Assembly: GCA_002269645.1 (NCBI GenBank) | Contig: NIVC01000875.1 | Location: 310,001-374,000 of the forward strand | Length of the DNA: 64,000 bases | Source of the DNA: Macrostomum lignano | Taxonomy: Eukaryota | Reading direction: 5' to 3' | Shown here: positions 31,801 through 64,000 of the stretch, piece by piece | How the letters are laid out: every line of letters starts with the position of its first letter | Position numbering within the stretch: position 1 is the stretch's first letter | Position numbers and translations under genes: made by a program | The notes under the pieces: model-generated | Databases searched by the model: none | What the model saw: only the letters and a program-made list of their open reading frames with translations | Told to the model about the DNA's origin: nothing

Positions 31801-34339
31801 GTCACAATTTACTTACAATAGTTATCCGATACTCACACGAGTAGTTATGCGCCAGCGCTACTCTCTACTTGCCAGCAAAGTAGGCAGTCTGGGGGTATTT
31901 CGTTGCGACAGCATTAAAAATACCAAAGGAAAAACAATACTGATATTTTGTCGGCGTTTATTTCAGCTTTCAATGTCTGCTCTGATAACTTCTGTCCGTT
32001 TATTATTGTCATTTTAGTTCCTTTGATGTTCGATATTATTTGTCCTCGTGTCAACTTACTTCTGTCTGTGCCCGATTCTTTCTAGAAATTTTGCTTTTTT
32101 GTAGTTTGAAAAGCTAGTAGCCACCCTAGAAATGGGTGCTTTCAGAAGTTCCAAGACATTGGTATCGGGCGTTTGGTATATCAAATTCCAAAAATGCCTG
32201 GGTATCAATAAACTGTATCTGAAATCCCAAAAGTATTATAAAAATTGTCTCAAAAACACTTTGGAATTCCAAGCTGTACTCGAAGTCTGTGGGCCATTAT
32301 ATATCTGTTTTTATGTCATAATTAGTCATTTGTGTATTTTTATTTACAAGAAACAACAAAATTAACTGTCAAACGTACAAGTCCCTACAGTGCCGCAAGA
32401 AGAAAGACATTCCAAGTTAATTTATTGAACTGCCAATTCTTTGCACCGTTTTGTTTTATTAGCAATCTGAAAAAAAGTTTTTTAATGTATTGAATATTTC
32501 AATTTAAATTTTGATTTAAACATTTAATTTTTTAATATTTCCAATCTTTGTCCAACCGTAGTCTTTGTGCGAATGCTTCACAGCCTACGAGTCCAAAACA
32601 ACGAAAATGTTTTATTTAAAGCAAATAAACAAAGCGATTGTCGATAACAATCGATAAACAAATGTCAATAAAAAATTGTTTTTATGTACTATACATGTAT
32701 AGCGCAATTAATCTCTTTTTTTGCTTTTCAACTCACGTGATAAAAACTTCATCACATCGGTGAGAGATAGCTATTGACTTATTGTCAGTATACCGACGTG
32801 TAGCCTCAACAAATACTAAAAAAATACAATAGATTAATAAACATTTAACTATAGCTACTTCTAATTTCTTGACCAAGTGCTGGATATTTTCAATTTTGTT
32901 TATATTTTACCGGTATGGTAAAATGGAATAATGGAAATTAGCATATTTACTACACATGAAGACTTTTTTTAAAGCACTAAAAAGCAGCTATATGCTACCG
33001 TTTTTTTGGAAATATGCACGTTTTCTAATCTATAACTTCTGCACAAAAACTAAAAAAAAATATTTGAATCTCTAATTTTTTAAAATTAAACGTTACAAAT
33101 TAGTTACTAAAAATTGGCTTATGGTTCAAACAGAAAGCTACTGAACACTATCTAGAGCTTTAGCATTAGAATATACTGAAAAATGAGCTTTTTCGATCTG
33201 ATTCTAATAAAAATGTTAGTTAAAATTTCGCTAAAAAGTCCGAAAAATGTACACAAAGTTCCCAATGTAGGTACTCCATAGACCAGATTTGTCTCAGAAA
33301 CTCATTCAACAAAAACGATTCTAAGAAACGATGTGTCTCATCTTACTAATACTTGAATCGTTGATGAGTGCTTTTACATTTACCTGTGATTTCCTTTTCA
33401 GGGATGTGATGTGATACGTGCTGACTATGCTGCGACTGATTCCAAATTCCAATTAAAAAATACTAAGTAGAGCATCGAGTACATCTCCGTTTTTATAATT
33501 TAGCATATTTTCCTTCTCTACTATACTGAAAGTAAAGTAGCTAGAAATTTTTTGTTTGGATTTGTTTACTTATAAATACATAAGCACGTAAGCACTTACG
33601 CGTTCGGCCATTGCTGTAAGTTACCCTTTTAAAGTTTAAGGAAAAAACGCGGGCTTCATAGGATTTTGCACGATTTTCGAGAGTTTTGCACCCAATTCTG
33701 CTTGAGTTGTCCATGACTTCTACTTTTATACTCAACAAAACGGTTATGTAACAGCATTCTCATTAATTTCTAAATGATCCAACTAGGATAAATCAACTGT
33801 TTCTCAGTGTTGAAAGTAGTAACTCTAGAAACAAACTCCAATATTAAGGAACAAGCAACGAAAAATTGTTATTTAACAAAATGTCGATTATTCCACTTTA
33901 TTATATCTCATGCATGTTGATTCGGCAAATAACTTTAACATCATTACGTTTTTGTATTTGCTTGCAGATGCAGCTAATTATAATGGCCACTATATAAAGC
34001 TGTACAATGTGGATTTCTCTATGAAAGCTGCTTAAAAGAGGCAGACAGATTTGAAGGAAACAAAATGGGTATTAACAAAATCATTCGCATAAATATATTT
34101 TAAAATTAATTCGATTACTTAACTGACAGATTGCTGTGTATCCACTACTTGTGTTTTGTCGAAGATTGTTACACAATCTTGTGAATGAATCTGGGACTAT
34201 CCCATTTTTGATTTAAAGGTATTGTCAATTGGGTGCTAACACAGAAAATTATGCCTATATCTCGGGGCAAAAACCCATGGTAATTTGTACGATTCAAGAT
34301 TGTAGCAAGGGATAGTGGGCGAAGAAAATATATGTTCAC

Positions 34340-34650
34340 ACCAATTGCCAGCCAATTCGCATAGAGGAGGGATAGAGAGGGCGTTGAAAGGGTTCGAAAG
34401 AGAAATCTTACCAATTAAAGTACACTCCAACCTCAGCCAATAAGAATCGAGGAGGGTAGAAAGTCCGTTCCCATGGGATAGAAAGAGAAAGCTGCTAAGT
34501 ATACCCTCGCGCCAGCCAATTAGAATCGAGGAAGGGTAGACAGTCCGTCCCCATAGGATAGAAAGAGAAAGCTGCTACCAGGTAAGTACACTCTCGCGCC
34601 GGCCAATTAGCGCTCAGAGGGATAGACAGTGGGTTCCAAAAGATGGAAGG
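34340..34650. repeat. Three to four diverged 79-87-bp direct repeats (GCCAATTAGAATCGAGGAGGGTAGA...GGATAGAAAGAGAAAGCTGCTA)
   Basis: GCCAA anchors at 34436, 34515 and 34602. Confidence 0.75.
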
Positions 34651-35007
34651 AGAAAAAAAGAAAATAAGTTTCTACCAAAGATATTAATCTCTTGACACAA
34701 TCTGCCAATTTCGCAATCCAAAACAATTGTTAATTACATGCATGTTTTTTAATTTAAAAAACTAATTCGCAATTGAAAGACAAAGCAACAGAACAGGGAC
34801 TGGCAAACTAAGCGGTAAAGAGCGAAGCTCTCATCTGTTAAGCTTTCCTTTGTGAGCTGCCCTTTAAGGGACGCAAATAGATTAGGATGACAGCAAAGTG
34901 ACGATTTGTCAAGGTTCAATACGAGTCTGGGGGAACAATAATAATGTCATACTTGATTGCGTAACTTTTAGGCAAACAAAACTCGGTGCTGCACAACAAT
35001 GGGAGAT

Positions 35008-58781
<23,774 letters not shown>

Positions 58782-59659
58782 CTTAGCCGACTCGCTAAAC
58801 ACCGCTGCAGTTGTCACCTTTGACGGCTGGGACGGCGATCCGGGCATCGGCTTTTGATGCGTTCTCAACCTGGCCGCTGGGACCTTGGCGGCGTCTCGTT
58901 TTCTTCTTCTTTGAACTTTGCTCAGAACGGCGTTGTGTAATTTAATTTTTTAAACTTTTTGAATCGGCCCGGCTATGCAAACAGGCGATTGTCACCTTCT
59001 GCCAGTTGGAACGCAGGTAAATAATTGTTCGAGTAAGGGGGGGGGTGCTGTCAGACTTAACTTTTGAGGCTGTGAGCAGGGCTTGGCACTGCCGTTATTA
59101 TCATTATAGTTGAGTCTGTAGCCAACCTGTTCAGGCCGTATGACTAATAGGAGATGTTGGGGCCGCGGGTCAAGAGGATTTTTTATCGCGTCTTTGTACC
59201 GCCCGTCGTGTCGTTGTGGGAGATTTTCTCCTCTTTCTTTATTTCTCTTTGGCTCTCAGTCGGTTTGAGCCGCACGTTGGTAATTTTTTTCTCACCAGTG
59301 AGTAAATAGTTGAATGCGATTCACCTTCAGAGAGCGGAGCGAGTTTAAATGGCGGAAGGAACTGAGAGGAGCTGCATGCAAGGGTAGTCTAAAACTTTAA
59401 TGTTCCGCGCGAGACCTTTGGCCCTGACAGGACCTGAGCGAGAGGGGGTTGTGCTTGCGGGGTAGCGGGGCAGGACCCTCCCTTATGGTTAGAGAAAGGT
59501 CTAGTGGTCTGCCAACTCAGGCAACAGTAGTCGAACCAACCAATCCGCAGCTTCGGCCCAAAGCAGTTCGTCCAATGGTAGCCGGTCTCCTGTGCCTGCC
59601 TCTTGGTCTTGCCAGTGCATTTTTCTTTAGTGGGTATCGTGTTAAAGACAATTGGGACA

Positions 59660-59910
59660 TAGGGAAAGAAATATGGAATGGCGCCCCTCCGATCCGATAT
59701 GAAAAGGCGCCCCTGTCAAATTAAACGGCGCGGCCCTCTCTCATAGTAAATGGCGTCCCCTAATATAAAATGACGCCTCTCTCATTTGATATGGCACCCT
59801 TCTCAAGAATAGCACATCCGCTCCTATATGAAATGGCACCCTCTCAAATAAAATGGGTACGCTTCTCTCAAATGAAATAGCGCCCCCTAAAACGGAATGG
59901 CGTCCCTCGG
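59660..59910. repeat. Highly diverged array of the AAATGGCGCCC 21-22-bp family seen at 4345-4700
   Basis: Units such as CAAATGAAATAGCGCCCC, TATGAAATGGCACCCTCTCAAATAAAATGG and GGAATGGCGCCCCTC. Confidence 0.7.
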
Positions 59911-61691
59911 GATGAAATTCATGTACCCCTTCAAATTAAGTGAAATTGAGGATTTGATTGGGTGAAATGAGATATACTCGTACATATACTCGTACATGTA
60001 AATAATCTGAAATATTTAAAATACGCAGATGCCGATCGATACTCATAGCTCGCTAATTCGCAATGTCGTAGTTCTAATGCTTGTATATTTAAGAAACAAA
60101 AGCATGAATAAAATATCTAATTTAATAACGAAAAGCTAACCCAGAATTATAAAATAGCTGCAATAAGGTTACGGATGTCGGTTCAAGCTTGGGGATCTGT
60201 CTCGCACTACAAACACGGGCTTTCCAACACTATCTTACAACACTTAGGATGATAATTCCATTCGAAAAATTGAAAAGTTAGAGAAATGCTGAGTAGCTGG
60301 CTACCTAATTACATGTGCATGTACATGTACATCTGTATAGATGACGGCATGCGCGTCAATGCTTAGCTGGACATGCAATTTAAATTAAGTTTGCTTGAAT
60401 TTCGCTTACATTGTGTAGGAAACATGAGCTATTATGAATTGTATAACTTCTAGTTGATCACTTCATGAATCTTTTAGTTTCAAAAAAATTAAATTCGGCC
60501 ACATATACAGATTGAAAATAATCATTTGAACTTTAATTTCTTTAAATAACGATTAAGTTCAAGATTTAGGTCATGAGCTAAGATGTTTTACTTTAAATTA
60601 AAACTAAGTTAAACTCTATCTGACTCGATTAGGAATTTAAATTTATTAAAAATGGTAGTTACCACAGTCATTTAGCGGGATTTGTCACTTCACATATTAA
60701 ATTAAAACAAACTGAACGAATAGAATTTAAATATAGTGAGTAAAATATAATTAAACTTGTAAAATTAATGGCAAAAAATATACGATAGAAAATAATTACG
60801 TTATAAAGGTTATTTATAATGACTTTGTCGGCGTGGTAGCAACAAGGGGTCCTCTCAAAGAGCTTAAAGCTACAATTTTTGAAGTTCTTTTTTCACTTGA
60901 TCGAGCGTTGGTTTCTTGCTCTAGCGAAGCGAAACAAACACACTTAGAGTGGATAGCTAAGCATGAAAACTCGTCAAGATTATCGACGCGTAAAGCTGTC
61001 AGTTACAACATGTCGTCACGTGGTAGCTGGTTTGGCTTCCTTATAAGCTTAAGTCAAAGTGTCTGCAGTTCCTACAATTTGCACTTAATATGTTTTAGAT
61101 AGATAAGCTAGAAATTTAGTAATATTTATTTACCGTTATGTAATATACTGTGTATATTTTATAAGAGATAAACATCCTTTTTGGAGTAAAAGAAATGACG
61201 AGGCTGCAGTTAACTATTACCAGAAAGTACTCGTATTACTTTTATCTTTCAAAATTTCGATTGGATTTAAGATTTAAGTATATGAGCTAAGATTTTGTGC
61301 TTTTAGTGTCTAAATTGAAAACTTCACTTTAAAATCACATTCGAGTCTTTTAAGAAATTTAAATTTATTTTTAAATTAGTATTAACAGTAAATAAATAGC
61401 AATAATATATAATGTCAAAGCTAGCTATTTTTTTGTCATGGCAGCAAAACCAAATGCTTGAGAAGTTTTTTAGTTTAATGTTTAAGAATGAATAATTAGA
61501 TTTAATTTTATTAGATTTTTTTAATGAAAGGAATTTTTTGGTTCGTTCAATTCGAGAGTCAAATAACCAGACAGTTAGCAATTTCATTTTGAATTTCAAA
61601 TCGACATAATTTTCTTCATGCTCTATAATCGTCAGGATTAATCCAGCCTCCCAAGTTAGCCGACAAGTCTAGTCAAGAAAGCAATTCAACA

Positions 61692-63114
61692 ATGGTGTAC
61701 AACTACACTAAGCCCCGCGGGCCAGTGGCCGCCATGTACAGCAGCCCCGGGCCAAAGTACGGCCTACCCGGCCTGGTTGGCCATCCGCACCATGACCCCC
61801 GCTCCGTACACAACCGCGGCCCGGCATATCCGTTCGGCGTTCGTCACGGCAAATATGCCGACGACTCGAGTCCGGGACCTTGCTACATGCCGCAGGAGAA
61901 GACTTATCGTGACGGTCGGGACGCGGCGCCGCAGTTCTCCCTATATGGCAGGCCGCGGGACAGCACCGCGTTCTCGGCTCCGGGACCGGGCGCCTACCGG
62001 CCCGAGGCGACATCAATGGACAAAGCGCCCAGCTACAGCTTCGGGATGCGGCACCAGCAGTTCCGGACTGACAACACGCCTGGTGAGTCTTGAAGGGTCT
62101 CAGGATGGTGTGTCTGCCAGGATGATGTGTCTCAAGATGTTGTGTCTCTGGTTGTTGTGTCTGCCAGGATGATGTGTCTCAAGATGTTGTGTCTCTGGCT
62201 GTTGTGTCTCAGGATGGTGTGTCTTTCAGGATGTTGTATCTCAGGATGTTGTGTCTCAGGATGGTGTGTCTGTCAGGATGATGTGTCTCAAGATGTTGTG
62301 TCTTTGGCTGTTGTGTCTCAGGATGGTGTGTCTGTCAGGATGATGTGTCTCAAGATGTTGTGTCTTTGGCTGTTGTGTCTCAGGATGGTGTGTCTGTCAG
62401 GATGATGTCTCAAGATGTTGTATCTCAGGATGTTGTATTTCAGGATGTTGTATCTCAGGATGTTGTATTTCAGGATGTTGTATCTCAGGATGTTGTATCT
62501 CAGGATGTTGTGTCTTTCAGGATGTTGTATCTCAGGATGTTGTGTCTCAGGATGGTGTGTCTCAGGATGTTGTATCTCAGGATGTTGTATCTCAGGATGT
62601 TGTATCTCAGGATGTTGTATCTCAGGGTGTTGTGTCTTTCAGGTTGTTGTGTCTTTCAGGGTGTTGTCTTTCAGGGTGTTGTGTCTTTCAGGGTGTTGTG
62701 TCTTTCAGGTTGTTGTGTCTTTCAGGGTGTTGTCTTTCAGGGTGTTGTGTCTTTCAGGGTGTTGTGTCTTTCAGGGTGTTGTGTCTTTCAGGGTGTTGTG
62801 TCTTTCAGGTTGTTGTGTCTTTCAGGGTGTTGTGTCTTTCAGGTTGTTGTGTCTTTCAGGATGTTGAGACTTTTGTTGTTGTTGTATCTCAGGATGTTGT
62901 CTCAGTGCATCAGCATGATATTTCTAACGATCGTTTAAGTAGCTATGGTGAATGCATGCCTTCCAAAAACCGCATCTTAACCCCTACAGGCCCCAACGCT
63001 TACTTACCCGACAGTATGGTGGGCAGAAGCATTCGCAGCCAGAAGAAGTCCGCGCCGGCCTATTCGCTCACGGGTCGCTCCAAGAACGGCGGGTTTCACG
63101 AGGATTTGCAGAAG
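61692..63114 (+). CDS. ODF3: ODF3/CIMAP1 family (SHIPPO/PGP-repeat ciliary microtubule-associated protein), exons 1-2; gene continues past the window
   Basis: Exon 1 is 61692-62082 (KPRGPVAAMYSSPGPKY, SPGPCY, PGPGAY, APSYSFG; donor G|GTGAGT). Exon 2 is 62990-63114 (GPNAY, APAYSLTGR; acceptor CCCCTACAG, donor AAG|GTGCGC). Phases match. Confidence 0.92.
62095..62900. repeat. 15-bp (CAGGATGTTGTGTCT)n changing to 17-bp (TTTCAGGGTGTTGTGTC)n in ODF3 intron 1
   Basis: Direct inspection. Confidence 0.93.
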
Positions 63115-63319
63115 GTGCGCTGGCAGCTCTGAGAAAATCTTTGCGTACTTATCGGCATTTGGCGAGGTGCTTTCTCACCCAGGCTGGGTTATTGTGTCCA
63201 ACCAGCATACATGTAAAAGTAAAAGCTCCGGAGTTCAATGCCTTGGCATGGCCGCAATAAGATTCAATGTGAATCCACCATTAGCAATCCAGCCCGATAA
63301 AGACTTGTGTCTTCTTTAC

Positions 63320-64000
63320 TCTCCTCTATCCCCTCTCCTCTCTCCTCTCTCCCCTCTCCTCTCTCCTCTCTCCCCTCTCCCCTCTCCCTCTCCTCTCTCC
63401 TCTCTCCTCTCTCCTCTCTCCTCTCTCCCCTCTCCTCTCTCCCCTCTCCCCTCTCCTCTCTCCCTCTCCTCTCTCCTCTCTCCTCTCTCCTCTCTCCTCT
63501 CTCCTCTCTCCTCTCTCCCCTCTCCTCTCTCCCCTCTCCTCTCTCCTCTCTCCTCTCTCCTCTCTCCCCTCTCCTCTCTCCCCTCTCCTCTCTCCCCTCT
63601 CCTCTCTCCTCTCTCCTCTCTCCCCTCTCCCCTCTCCTCTCTCCTCTCTCCCTCTTCTCTCTCCCTCTTCTCTCTCCTCTCTCCCCTCTCTTCTCTCCTC
63701 TCTCCCCTCTCCTCTTTCCTCTTTCCTCTCTCCTCTCTCCCCTCTCCCCTCTCCTCTCTCCTCTCCCCACTCTCTTCTCTCCTCTCTCCTCTCTCCTCTC
63801 CCCACTCTCTTCTCTCCTCTCTCCTCTCTCCTCTCTCCCCTCTCCTCTCTCCCCTCTCCCCTCTCCCTCTTCCCTCTCCTCTCCTCTCTCCCCTCTCTTC
63901 TCTTCTCTCTCCCCTCTCCTCTCTCCTCTCCCCCCTCTCTTCTCTTCTCTCCCCTCTCTTCTCTCCTCTCTCCTCTCTCCACTCTCCCCTCTCTCCTCGT
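63320..64000. repeat. Polypyrimidine (CTCTC/CTCCC)n tract in ODF3 intron 2
   Basis: Direct inspection. Confidence 0.95.

Overview
Animal genomic DNA. There is no prokaryotic organisation and no supportable rRNA, tRNA or CRISPR array. By hand I estimate about 45% of the window is tandem repeat: roughly 40 distinct micro- and minisatellite arrays, almost all intronic. This architecture plus GC3-rich exons resembles a free-living flatworm such as Macrostomum, which is an inference only. Manual splice reconstruction (GT-AG sites, consistent phases) gives five genes on alternating strands. (1) The last exon of an unknown polyQ/Cys-rich gene (+, 495-984). (2) A secretin-family (class B1), PTH-receptor-like GPCR (-, 24710 to about 4153, 10-11 coding exons) with TWO complete tandem hormone-binding domains, each on its own phase 0-0 exon. 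(3) An inositol polyphosphate multikinase (+, ends 31800) whose long open frame has no in-frame ATG before the kinase motifs. (4) A six-exon ephrin with an S/T-rich stalk and GPI-like tail (-, 58781-35008). (5) The first two exons of an ODF3/SHIPPO-repeat gene (+, from 61692). A TA-flanked fold-back MITE-like element lies in GPCR intron 1. Complementary copies of one 15-bp minisatellite bracket GPCR exons 3-7. Most long ORFs in the supplied track are translation artefacts of tandem repeats. Repeat boundaries are approximate; exon coordinates were counted by hand.
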